Under the pieces are notes generated by a model, which made no database searches, was not told the origin of the DNA, and saw only the letters and a list, made by a program, of their open reading frames with translations. From Patescibacteria group bacterium (GTDB lineage Bacteria; Patescibacteriota; Microgenomatia; CAYGWK01), in assembly GCA_049322615.1 (NCBI GenBank), contig JBMORX010000010.1, positions 25,416 to 89,415 on the forward strand: a stretch of 64,000 nt of DNA. Reading direction: 5' to 3'. Position 1 is the first letter of the stretch; every line of letters starts with the position of its first letter. The translations under genes and the position numbers were made by a program. This document shows positions 19,604 to 28,805 of this stretch, piece after piece.

Positions 19604-20137
19604 ATGGTTAGGAAGTATGATTGGCTTAAATTACAGCAAGAATTTATAACGGGTGGCTGGCTAACCGTCAGTGACTTCTTCAGGTCAAAGGGTGTCCCCT
19701 CCAACTCAAGAACACGCGCGAACGCTAAGGGATGGCGTGAGAAAAAAGTTGCCTACGGAAAAAGGGTGATTGCCGAGGTTAGAGAAAAAACAATCGAATC
19801 GGAAGCTGAAATACGGTTAAGACAACAACGGGCGGCAAAATATCTCCAGTATAAAGGCTTAAAGAAGCTGGAAGAACTGCCAGTCGAGAAACTTGATACG
19901 AAAGAGGCGAGAAAGTTGCTCGTGGATGGATTGCAACAAGAAAGGGAAGCTTTGGGTCTTGATAAGGACATAAAAGCCACGCAAATCAATATCAGTTATC
20001 CTTCTAGGACTGAATTAGATAAATTTATTGAGACCGCAACTTACGAACAAATTCTTGAGCTTATCGCCGAAGTTAAAAAGGAAAAGGCAAGAAGAAAATC
20101 AACTCTCGCATGCGAGAGTCTTCGAAACAAACTATAA
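19604..20137 (+). CDS. Hypothetical protein (177 aa); phage-like DNA-binding or terminase-small-subunit-like N-terminus
   Basis: YDWLKLQQEFITGGWLTVSDFFRSKGV then Lys/Arg/Glu-rich helices; divergent from the DUF4238 operon. Confidence 0.4.
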   Translation: MVRKYDWLKLQQEFITGGWLTVSDFFRSKGVPSNSRTRANAKGWREKKVAYGKRVIAEVREKTIESEAEIRLRQQRAAKYLQYKGLKKLEELPVEKLDTKEARKLLVDGLQQEREALGLDKDIKATQINISYPSRTELDKFIETATYEQILELIAEVKKEKARRKSTLACESLRNKL

Positions 20138-20361
20138 CAAATCGTGTCAATTCTAGTGACAAAATAGTGACTAACTCTTGCCTTAACTCGAGTAATATTT
20201 AAGCTTCTTAGCTTCTGACTGTTATAGACTGTTTCTTTCGCTAGCCAAAAATTTAAAAAAATCTCCCCTGTCAAAAAATTCTGTTCCTTACCAGGCTAAA
20301 ACGGCAGTCGTGGACTCTTCGTTGATAGGAGAAAATTTCTGAAAAATAACCTATATCATCC

Positions 20362-21171
20362 TTATAGATTGTCCTCAACAAAAGTGCGATTTGCTCTATC
20401 GGGCTCATCCCGACTGGTCTCTACATCTTTAAGCCAGGTGTAAAAGGGACTGGCACTAAAAGATTTCCAATCATCTTCAGTAAGGCTATTAGCTTGATTT
20501 TTCCCCAGAAAGGCTCTGAAATACTTCCCTATGCTTTTCGGAGAGTTAACCGTTATTCCTGCCTGCTTAATTGGATAGCCTGAGTGGTAAACTCCAGAGA
20601 TAAAATTTAACGCCCATAATTTAACAGTTGTTCCCGCAAATAGTTCAGGCCACTTGTTTACTATATTAACAACAACCCACTCACCATCTTCCTGTTGAAT
20701 CGCTGACACCATGGTCTCCTCTCCTCCCGCTTCTTCTCTGGCAATCTTAGAAAATATTTCTTGAGGGTCTGGTGTGGGGGTAGGAGTAGGCTTTTCCGTT
20801 GGTTTGGGGGTAGGCTCTATTGTGGGAGTTAGTGTGGGTGTGGGAGACGATACGGGCGCTGGAGTCGGCGAAGGCGACGGCGATGGACTGGGAGTAGGTG
20901 AAGGGGTGGCTAAAGTAACAGGTTTCGGTTTTGACTTATATGTCTCAGAAGAAGTAATAGCCATAACCCAGGCTGTTCCAAAAAGAATAGAAAAACCGAG
21001 AATTGGCAAAATCAAAAGCCACCTTAAAAGAAAATTCTTAATCTTGGTAGCTAAAAAATAGGACACTCCTCCGCCGATAACAAAAGGCCAAAAGAATAAT
21101 CCTAAACCAATTAAAATCAGCTTTGTCCACCACGCTTTTTGCCAAATATTTTTTATAATCTCAATTTTCAT
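20362..21171 (-). CDS. Membrane protein with a Pro/Thr/Ser-rich linker and a C-terminal extracellular domain
   Basis: 3 N-terminal TM helices; [45 protein letters not shown] linker. Confidence 0.5.
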   Translation of the reverse strand: MKIEIIKNIWQKAWWTKLILIGLGLFFWPFVIGGGVSYFLATKIKNFLLRWLLILPILGFSILFGTAWVMAITSSETYKSKPKPVTLATPSPTPSPSPSPSPTPAPVSSPTPTLTPTIEPTPKPTEKPTPTPTPDPQEIFSKIAREEAGGEETMVSAIQQEDGEWVVVNIVNKWPELFAGTTVKLWALNFISGVYHSGYPIKQAGITVNSPKSIGKYFRAFLGKNQANSLTEDDWKSFSASPFYTWLKDVETSRDEPDRANRTFVEDNL

Positions 21172-21277
21172 CTTTTCCCCGTTTCGATACTAACGAAAAC
21201 TCATGTAAAAGTCAAGCTAAATCGCACACGCTCCGTCTGTAGACTGTCAGGGTGCTTCTTCATATCATCAGTTTGAT

Positions 21278-21499
21278 ATGGTTTTATCCAAACAAAACTT
21301 TCTTAAGCGTTTCGGCAAGAGAATAAAACAACTCCGCAAGAAGGGTAAAATTTCTCAGGAGGGATTAGCTTTTTCGGCGGGAGTTCATCGGACTTACATG
21401 GGAAGAATCGAAAGGGGAGAAAGTAACCCGCCGATTTATACGGTCTATAAGATTGCTAAAGCTTTAAAGATTAAATCTTCGGAACTTTCTCCTTTCTAG
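21278..21499 (+). CDS. XRE-family helix-turn-helix transcriptional regulator
   Basis: ISQEGLAFSAGVHRTYMGRIERGESNPPIYTVYKIAKALKI is a Cro/C1-type HTH. Confidence 0.7.
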   Translation: MVLSKQNFLKRFGKRIKQLRKKGKISQEGLAFSAGVHRTYMGRIERGESNPPIYTVYKIAKALKIKSSELSPF

Positions 21500-21637
21500 T
21501 TTAACTTGCGGCTTTATTGTGCGTAGGCATAAAGTGGAACGTCAATATTAAATCGGTTAAAAGTGTGGTATACTTTCTCCAGATAAGCAAAGAGAGAGTT
21601 CGTATCTAGGCTCTCTTGGCTCACTGATTCGGAGAAT

Positions 21638-21748
21638 CGGAATACTCGGAAAACTCGGAGTATCAGTGTATCAGATAATCTGATTATCAGATTTTTCTGA
21701 TTTCTCTGGCTCGCTGAGTATTCTGAGTTTTCTGATCCTCTGGAACTT
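21638..21748 (+). repeat. Repeat family A copy 1 (TCAGA/CTGA-rich, about 130 bp), immediately upstream of tRNA-Lys
   Basis: Aligns with 31119-31250 and 45040-45208: ctcggaaaactcggag..tcagat..ctgattatcagat..ctgagttttctgatYctctgRaac. Confidence 0.8.
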
Positions 21749-21823
21749 GGGCCCGTAGCTCAATGGCAGAGCGCCAGCCTTTTAAGCTGGGCGTTGGAGG
21801 TTCGACTCCTCCCGGGCTCACCA
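21749..21823 (+). tRNA. tRNA-Lys (UUU), CCA encoded
   Basis: GGGCCCG/CGGGCTC acceptor; anticodon stem CCAGC/GCTGG with loop CTTTTAA; T-loop TTCGACT. Confidence 0.85.
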
Positions 21824-21934
21824 TCCTTCGCTGAAGCTTCGGATGGCATGCCCTTAATAGCTCGGAGAGCGTCGGAGGGCAAGCCGAAGCGGATACGAAG
21901 ATATCCTCCGTAGCTTTATGCGAAGGAGGAACAA

Positions 21935-22171
21935 ATGCATTACGTTTATATTTTAAGATTAGAAAACGATACATTTTATACAGGTTATACAAACGATTTA
22001 AAGAGAAGACTTATTGATCACAAAGGTGGTAATACGCCACATACGAAAAAATTTAAGCCAGTAGAATTGGTTTATTATTCAGCCTTTAAAAACAAAACAA
22101 GAGCTTTAGGTTTTGAAAAATATCTAAAATCTGGATCAGGAATTGCTTTTAGAAATAAAAGGTTAATTTGA
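21935..22171 (+). CDS. GIY-YIG nuclease superfamily protein (UPF0213/YhbQ-like, 78 aa)
   Basis: YVYILRLENDTFYTGYTNDLKRRLIDH is the GIY-YIG core; RBS aaggagga upstream. Confidence 0.75.
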   Translation: MHYVYILRLENDTFYTGYTNDLKRRLIDHKGGNTPHTKKFKPVELVYYSAFKNKTRALGFEKYLKSGSGIAFRNKRLI

Positions 22172-22173
22172 AT

Positions 22174-22245
22174 TGCCGGGTGGTGTAATGGTTGCACGCC
22201 AGTCTTTGGAACTGGAAATTCTAGGTTCGAATCCTAGCCCGGCAG
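22174..22245 (+). tRNA. tRNA-Gln (UUG)
   Basis: U1-A72 acceptor TGCCGGG/CCCGGCA; anticodon stem CCAGT/ACTGG with loop CTTTGGA; T-loop TTCGAAT. Confidence 0.8.
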
Positions 22246-22308
22246 CTAACTTACCAGTTTCGCAAACCTATTCCGATCCAGGATCGGAAAACAGGAAAGA
22301 ACAGGCTC

Positions 22309-22337
22309 TTGACAAAATGTGCCCCTTTTGTTATTAT
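22309..22337 (+). promoter_or_regulatory. sigma70-like promoter (TTGACA-17-TATTAT) upstream of 16S
   Basis: cTTGACAaaatgtgccccttttgtTATTATatc. Confidence 0.6.
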
Positions 22338-22681
22338 ATCTTCGGTATGAGATAGAAGTTTTCGCCAAGCTTGCAACCACGGAAGCACAGAAGGTTGCAG
22401 AAGCACAGAAAGTGCCCCGCTTGGCGGGGCTTTTCAGTTTTACATACCTTGAAAAATGCACCTTAATAAGTGAATAGAAAATCTATTCACATCCTTGACA
22501 ACCGCGCTCAGCGCGGTTTAAGCCGAGCTCAGCTCGGCAATCAAGATGTGACAGGAAACGAACAAAAGTTCGATTTCTTGCCCGCCTAAATTTTCGCACT
22601 CGGCCTTTCAGTACTATTCGTACACGCCTCGTGCCAAAATTTTTGGCGGACTGCAAAAATTGAACTTCGTTCAATTTTTTT

Positions 22682-22724
<43 letters not shown>

Positions 22725-23478
22725 TAGGCATGCAAGTCGATCGGTCGTTCGTGTCTCACTTTCGTTCGACACTTACTCCCTCAATAGCAAATATTAAATA
22801 GTAAAAATCAAAAATACATAGTAAACATTAAAAATATTTAAATTTTGATATGTATATTTACTATTTAATTTTTAATATTTAATTTTGAGCGAGTGGTGAG
22901 CGGGAGCGAGACACGAGCGATAGAGGCAGACGGGTGAGTAATGCGTACCAACCTACCTCCAAGTGAAGCATAGCCATTCGAAAGGATGGGTAATACTGCA
23001 TACGGTGGGTGGAGTTCTAAGGGTAGAAATGAAAAATGAAAATAGAAAAAATAAGCAAGCTTGTTGCTAGCGCAATAAAAATGACAATTAAAAATTTTAA
23101 AATTTTACATTGTAATTTTTCATTTTTATTTTTTAGTTTTTAATTTTATCAGTTTATTTAGCAACTTTTACTTTTAGATCTCCATCCATCAAAGAGAGTA
23201 ACTTCTCGCTCGGAGATGGGGGTGCGTCCTATCAGCTTGTTGGTGGGGTAAAAGCCTACCAAGGCGATGACGGGTAGCTGGACTGAGAGGTCGGTCAGCC
23301 ACAAGGGGACTGAGAGACGGCCCCTACACCTACGGGTGGCAGCAACTAGGAATCGTTCGCAATGGGGGAAACCCTGACGACGCGACGCCGCGTGGAGGAT
23401 GAAGGCCTTCGGGTTGTAAACTCCTTAATCCCGAACGATAGCGAGGGAGGATTAAGCACCCACTAACTACGTGCCAGC

Positions 23479-23721
23479 CACGTACAATTTTTGCGATGGC
23501 TGGTGGCGCGTAGTCTAAATCCGACTATATGCTGGGAACTCTTTTGATGTCCGCAAACAGTGTTGTGGTTTTTATGACCCGCGTCAAAAGACAATCAGCA
23601 GGCAACCCGACGTTCAGTTTACATAAACGTGGGAAGTCCTCAGAGACTATACGTCGGATTCCGATAGAATCGGGAAAGATATAGTCCAAATGTTACGTAG
23701 CAAAAATGTTACGTGGCCAGC
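23479..23721 (+). mobile_element. Group I intron (no ORF) at the 16S 515-region
   Basis: Splits GTGCCAGC|..|AGTTGCGGTAA; contains the P7-type core cagagactatacgtcgg...gatatagtcc. Confidence 0.6.
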
Positions 23722-24548
23722 AGTTGCGGTAAGACGTAGGGTGCAAGCGTTATCCGGATTTATTGGGCGTAAGGCGTTTCGTAGGCGGTCCGATGAGTCC
23801 CGACTTAAATACCCCGACTCAATCGGGGAAGTGGTTGGGATACTATCGGACTTGAGGTTTTTGGGAGGTGCTGGAATTCGCGGTGAAGCAGTGAAATGCG
23901 TTGATATCGCGAGGAACACCAAGGGCGAAGGCAAACACCTAAAAAACATCCCGTAAATTGCCTTCGGCAATAACGGGACTCCCGTAAAGAGCAATCTTTA
24001 TGGGAATTCTGTATGCCAAAAGAATTGAGGGAACCCCGTTAGTCTTGAGCGTAAGCGAAAGACTTTACGGGGCCTGACGCTGAGGAACGAAAGCTAGGGG
24101 AGCGAAAGGGATTAGAGACCCCTGTAGTCCTAGCCGTAAACTATGCTCGCTAGATGCCCGGCTTGTGCTTCGCACAAGTTTCCGAATTAATCCGAATGCT
24201 TGGTTTTGGTTTAAAATTTATTCGGATAAATTCGGATGAAGAACTTGACCTAGAAGATCAGTCTCAACATCCGAATAAATCCAAATAAGAAAAGCAAACA
24301 AACACATTAGGATTAAATTCGGATATCTCGTGCGGAGCACGAGCTAGGTGTCGTAAGCTAACGCGTTAAGCGAGCCGCCTGGGAAGTACGGCCGCAAGGC
24401 TAAAACTTAAAGGAATTGACGGGGAGCTGCACAACCAGGGGAGCGTGTGGTTTAATTCGAGACGAAACGAAGGACCTTACCTGGGTTTGACATGCCGACG
24501 TTCTAGTCCGATGAAAATCGGACAAGTCCGCAAGGAGGTCGGCACAGC

Positions 24549-24579
<31 letters not shown>

Positions 24580-25015
24580 GGGTGTTGGCTTCAGTGCCAT
24601 AACGAGCGCAACCCCTATTGTCTGTTAAATTTTCAGACGAAACCGCCCCGCCTATTTTGTCGCGGTTGTTAACACTATTTATTCTTGAGTTACAACCTGA
24701 ATTTAGTTAATAATGGCGGCGCAAGGGCGAATAGCCCTGCCCTATTCGGGCACAGCGCCGCGATTGGAATCAACGGCGGCAAATATGGCGGGGAGGAAGG
24801 AGGGGACGACGTCAAGTCAGCACGGCGCTTATGTCCAGGGCAACACACACACTACAATGGACAAAAACAGCGAGTTGCAAGCACGTAAGTGTAAGCTAAT
24901 CTCGGAAATTTGTCCTCAGTTCAGATTGTGGGCTGCAACTCGCCCACATGAAGATGGACTTGGTAGTAATCGCGGGTCAGCAAACCGCGGTGAATACGTT
25001 CTCAGCTCTTGTACA

Positions 25016-26053
25016 AAAATTGCGCCTACCGGTTTGGTTTTCCATTCCGTTGAAATCGGAACCAAAAAGAATAATTTTTGGAAGCGAAATAACATCCTCC
25101 GATGGTGACATCGAAGCGAGAAGGGTTAAAGTAGCATTTTCTAGCTTGCAGTCGAGACGGTCCCGCCTATTTGATGACCTTTCGTACAAATAGGGAAATC
25201 ACTTATTCTAATTTTGCCTTTAAAAATAAGCAAAATAGGCGGGATATTTGGGCTCGAGATGGAAAAGAAAGGAAAACCAAATTACGTAGGGAGATCTGCC
25301 ATTGACCCACCAAAAAATTGCAGCATGAGCCGCAGTTGAAATCAACTAAGGCGAATGCTAAAATTTAGGCGGGTAGTTGTCGGTGTGAACTAACAACGTA
25401 AATGGTAGAAGTCTGCAGAGTGCGTAGTACCCCGCCGAAGCGCACCACGAGCCGTGTATGAATAATACTGAAAAGGCGAGTGGCAAGCGAATGGCTGGGG
25501 GAAGGCACGTAAACTATCCAAATGGGCGCATACAAAATCATCAGTCCTTGGTATATCGTTGGTTTTACCGAGGGAGAAGGTTGTTTTGCCATAATTCTTT
25601 CGAGACATAAAACAAAGAAGGCTAAAAGGGATGCCGGACTTTGTTTTGAAATTGAGCTTCGGGGGGACGACAAACCAATCCTTGAAAGAATTCAAAAGAG
25701 GCTGGGGTGTGGTCAAATTATTGATCTTGAGTACGAGCGTTATGGTTGGAAACCCCATGTGAAGTATGTCGTTAGAAAGCAAAAAGATCTTTTCTTTAAG
25801 GTGATTCCTTTTTTCAAACAGTTTCCGCTACAAGGCAAAAAACAAAAAGATTTTGAGCTTTTTTGCCAAGCCGCGGAAATTATAAAAAATAGGGAACACT
25901 TAAAAGATGATGGAATCAAAAAACTTGAAAAAATCAGGGAATTTATGAATGAGCGCCGACCGATGTTTGGATAGTCATTCGCGAGGGTGCGGGAAAACCG
26001 CGTGCCCCGTGAGAATAGAAAATATTTTGAGCAATCAGATATTTATCTATGAA
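25016..26053 (+). mobile_element. Intron at the 16S 1391-type site carrying a LAGLIDADG HEG
   Basis: Exon junction cttgtaca|cactgcccgtca reconstitutes CTTGTACACAC(C/T)GCCCGTCA. Confidence 0.65.
25522..25974 (+). CDS. LAGLIDADG homing endonuclease (single-motif, 150 aa)
   Basis: WYIVGFTEGEGCFAI motif; inside a 16S intron. Confidence 0.8.
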   Translation: MGAYKIISPWYIVGFTEGEGCFAIILSRHKTKKAKRDAGLCFEIELRGDDKPILERIQKRLGCGQIIDLEYERYGWKPHVKYVVRKQKDLFFKVIPFFKQFPLQGKKQKDFELFCQAAEIIKNREHLKDDGIKKLEKIREFMNERRPMFG

Positions 26054-26144
26054 CACTGCCCGTCAGATGAACAAAGTCAGGGGCACTTGAAGTCCCGATT
26101 TAATCGAGATTAAAGTGAACTTGGCGATGAGCATCAAGTCGTAA

Positions 26145-26920
26145 AAAAGTTGCGACTCCCGACGGTAACGTCGGGAAAAAATCTGGCTATATCGGGGAAG
26201 CCTAAATCTGCTAAAATTAAATTAGGGATATGGTAACCGCGAGGGAACCTCGATTTAATCGGGGACTCCGTAGAGACTATACGCCAGTTCCTGTCAGAAA
26301 ATGACGAAAGCATATTTGCTGGGAGCACTCCATGATGCTACCGAGCGAAAAACCACCTATCGCATTGCTCAAAAGAGCAAATCGTATATTGAATTTCTAG
26401 CCGAAGGGATTAGATCCTTGGGCCGAAAAGCCTGGATGTACAAGGAAGGAAAATCAAGAAATCTTTATGTAGTTGAATTTTCTAAATCCTTATTAAAAAA
26501 TACTAAAATTTCCTCTCGGCAAGAAAAAATTGACTATGTGCGTGGCTATTTTGATGCGGAGGGTGGAATTGCTCGAGATCCGAAAGTGAATTATTATTTG
26601 TATTTTGCTCAGAAAAATTTGGGAGATTTACAAAAAACTAAACATTTTTTGGAAGAATTAGGCATCAGTTGTGGAAGAATTCATAACCCAAGCAAAAGGG
26701 CGGATCCAGATTACTGGCGATTCTTTATAAGAGCAAAATCTTATGAAGATTTTGCCAGAATAATTGGTTCGGATCATCCAGAAAAAAGTCATTTTCTGAG
26801 AGGATAAAGAGATAGTCCATGCCTCTGGAAACAGAAGGAAGAACCCCGAATAATTTTACCGTTCGCCGGAGTATCATTCGAACTGCGGCTCACGGAGCAA
26901 TTCAACGGGGTGAACATGAA
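26145..26920 (+). mobile_element. Group I intron at the 16S 1506-type site carrying a LAGLIDADG HEG
   Basis: Splits GAAGTCGTAA|CAAGGTA; P7-type strands gtagagactatacgcc (26272) and agatagtcc (26812). Confidence 0.6.
26301..26807 (+). CDS. LAGLIDADG homing endonuclease (168 aa)
   Basis: RGYFDAEGGIA motif; second motif region LLGALHDATE; inside a 16S intron. Confidence 0.7.
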   Translation: MTKAYLLGALHDATERKTTYRIAQKSKSYIEFLAEGIRSLGRKAWMYKEGKSRNLYVVEFSKSLLKNTKISSRQEKIDYVRGYFDAEGGIARDPKVNYYLYFAQKNLGDLQKTKHFLEELGISCGRIHNPSKRADPDYWRFFIRAKSYEDFARIIGSDHPEKSHFLRG

Positions 26921-27156
26921 CAAGGTATCCCTACTGGAAGGTGGGGATGGATCACCTCCTTTCTAAGGAGTAATTCGGAGCGATTAAGCAACTAAGCAAT
27001 TGAGCTATTGAGTTTTTCTTAATAGCTTAGTAGCTGAATAGCTTAATAGCTAAAATACACCCGAGAAGGCGAACTCGTTAAAATCGCCAAATTTCCTGTC
27101 ACGTAAGAACGTTGATTTTGCTCTGCAAAATCTTACGTTCAACGTGACTAGGGACG

Positions 27157-27519
27157 TTAGACGTAATCCGCCTTTGGCGGAAACGTCTTTTCGTCCCTGT
27201 CACATCTTGGTTGTTGAGGAGCGAAGCGACGAAATCCGCCGAAAAGTAAGCTTAGGCGTTTTTGTACTATTGTAATAGGACAGTGATACAAGTTGGAAGT
27301 GTTTTTCAAATAGGAAACAAAAAACCCCGATTTAAATCGGGGTTTTTTGATAGAAGCCAGTGTTTGATTTCCCTTTTTGGGATTTCGCCCACTGTCGGTG
27401 GTCCAGCCGATCAGGTCCCCGGTCTCAAACCCGGGATTGACTGGTCCGTCGGCGAGAGCCACGGTCGGAACCATTGCTATCGCCAAAACGATAGACACTG
27501 CCAGCAAACGCCATTTCAT
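27157..27519 (-). CDS. Small secreted protein (signal peptide MKWRLLAVSIVLAIAMVPTVALA); the ORF probably reads through a terminator hairpin, so the true 3' end is uncertain
   Basis: Sec-type signal peptide; the downstream part of the ORF overlaps the bidirectional terminator at 27331-27364 and looks non-protein-like. Confidence 0.3.
   Translation of the reverse strand: MKWRLLAVSIVLAIAMVPTVALADGPVNPGFETGDLIGWTTDSGRNPKKGNQTLASIKKPRFKSGFFVSYLKNTSNLYHCPITIVQKRLSLLFGGFRRFAPQQPRCDRDEKTFPPKADYV
27331..27366. terminator. Bidirectional intrinsic terminator hairpin
   Basis: aaaaaaccccgatttaaatcggggttttttga: GC stem with U-runs on both strands. Confidence 0.6.
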
Positions 27520-27846
27520 CTGCTTTCTCCTACTTACTTATTTTTTCTGCCGCTACCTGTCAGCAGAACGCCATTTCTCTTTTCAAGGAGCAAAAGCACC
27601 GCGTTTGCGACGCAGACCTCGCCGAAGTCCGCCAGCAGGCGAGACGAAGGCGGGTCAAGCTGCGTTTTAAAACCAAAAAGTGGAACATAATTTACCACTT
27701 CCGATTTTAAACCCGAGAGAATTCTATTATAAACAAAGAGAAAAGTCAATATTATAGGGTTATAGGGTGAGAATGGAATGCGCCCAAGAAGATGAGATTT
27801 TGTCCCAAATCCTTGGGCGCGGTTTAACAAGTGAATGGCGTTGTTC

Positions 27847-28551
27847 TTAAGAGACTGGACCACCTGAATGATTTGGTGGTGGGATAGCCCGATAGATATG
27901 GACCTGGACGCCAAACGGCGGCCGCGGGCTGGTGTGAAGGTTTTCCCAGTTAAGGATAACCTGATCTGGGTTACAGACGAGTGAGGCAATGCTCACTCGG
28001 AGAGTCCACCCCCGATCCCCCCAGTCGAAGAGGTAAATCGTCTCACCCTTTCCGGGGTGGAACAGAATTACTTCCTCGAAGGAGTCCATTGCCATTCTCC
28101 CCGCTGGTTGTCCACCAATCTCCTTCCAGTAAAATTCGACGACTCTCCAATTAGGGTTATTCACCCTTATTTGAAGAGGCGGACATGAAGGGGGAGGAAC
28201 AGGAGGAGGTGGGACGGCCGTGGGCGGTGGTGGTGGAGGTGGTGGAGGAGGTGGGGGAGGTGGTGGACAATCCGGTTCGCCGTGCAGACACCCCTGAGGA
28301 GACGCATGGTTGTTGCCAGGATTTCCTGGACGACCATGCAGGTCACCATTACTGCTTCCGGTCTCCACCGGATTTCCTGGTCCGCCAGGCTGTCCGTGAC
28401 CATTTCCCTGGCTGTGAGGCGGAGGTCCTCCAGCCACCACAGTTGCTGGTGCTGCCAGTACCAGTACCAGCATGCAAATCGCGAGAATTCTTACCGCTCT
28501 CATTTCCTTCTCCTTCCCATTTTTATTTTTCGTACGCCATTCACTTGTCAA
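27847..28551 (-). CDS. Secreted Pro/Gly-rich protein with a 20-residue poly-Pro tract
   Basis: Signal peptide MRAVRILAICMLVLVLAAPATVVAG; GNGHGQPGGPGNP..; CPPPPPPPPPPPPPPPPTAVPPPPVPPP. Confidence 0.5.
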   Translation of the reverse strand: MTSEWRTKNKNGKEKEMRAVRILAICMLVLVLAAPATVVAGGPPPHSQGNGHGQPGGPGNPVETGSSNGDLHGRPGNPGNNHASPQGCLHGEPDCPPPPPPPPPPPPPPPTAVPPPPVPPPSCPPLQIRVNNPNWRVVEFYWKEIGGQPAGRMAMDSFEEVILFHPGKGETIYLFDWGDRGWTLRVSIASLVCNPDQVILNWENLHTSPRPPFGVQVHIYRAIPPPNHSGGPVS

Positions 28552-28764
28552 GGAACAAATGCGCCAACATTTGTGACGCAGACCTCGCCGAAGTCCGCCA
28601 GCAGGCGAGACGAAGGCGGGTCAAGGAACAATTAAAGAATTTGTCTTTAATAACCAAAAAAGAATGGACAGCAGAAATCGCCCATTCCTAGTTATTAAAT
28701 TGCGGCGATAGTAGCATAAGACTTGCCAAAAATCAAGTTTTTTAGTAAAATATTTTTAAGATTG

Positions 28765-28805
28765 GGCGATTAGCTCAGTTGGTTAGAGCAGCCCGCCAAA
28801 ATTTT
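28765..28805 (+). other. Orphan tRNA 5'-half fragment (tRNA-Ile-like acceptor, D-arm and 5' anticodon stem) directly upstream of tRNA-Ile
   Basis: GGGCGATTAGCTCAGTTGGTTAGAGCAGCCCGCCAAAATTTT; near-identical to 31294-31335. Confidence 0.6.

Larger units (their letters stand above)
14775..21560. mobile_element. Putative integrative element at the tRNA-Glu 3' end (about 6.8 kb; the far boundary is approximate)
   Basis: Integrase abutting/overlapping the tRNA; small-ORF cargo mostly on the minus strand; XRE regulator at the far end; next feature is the tRNA-Lys promoter repeat. Confidence 0.5.

Noticed and set aside
22493-22525. Second TTGACA box upstream of 16S (ccTTGACAaccgcgctcagcgcggtttaagcc)
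   Set aside because: No acceptable -10 hexamer at 16-18 bp spacing; it may be a UP/regulator site rather than a P2 promoter
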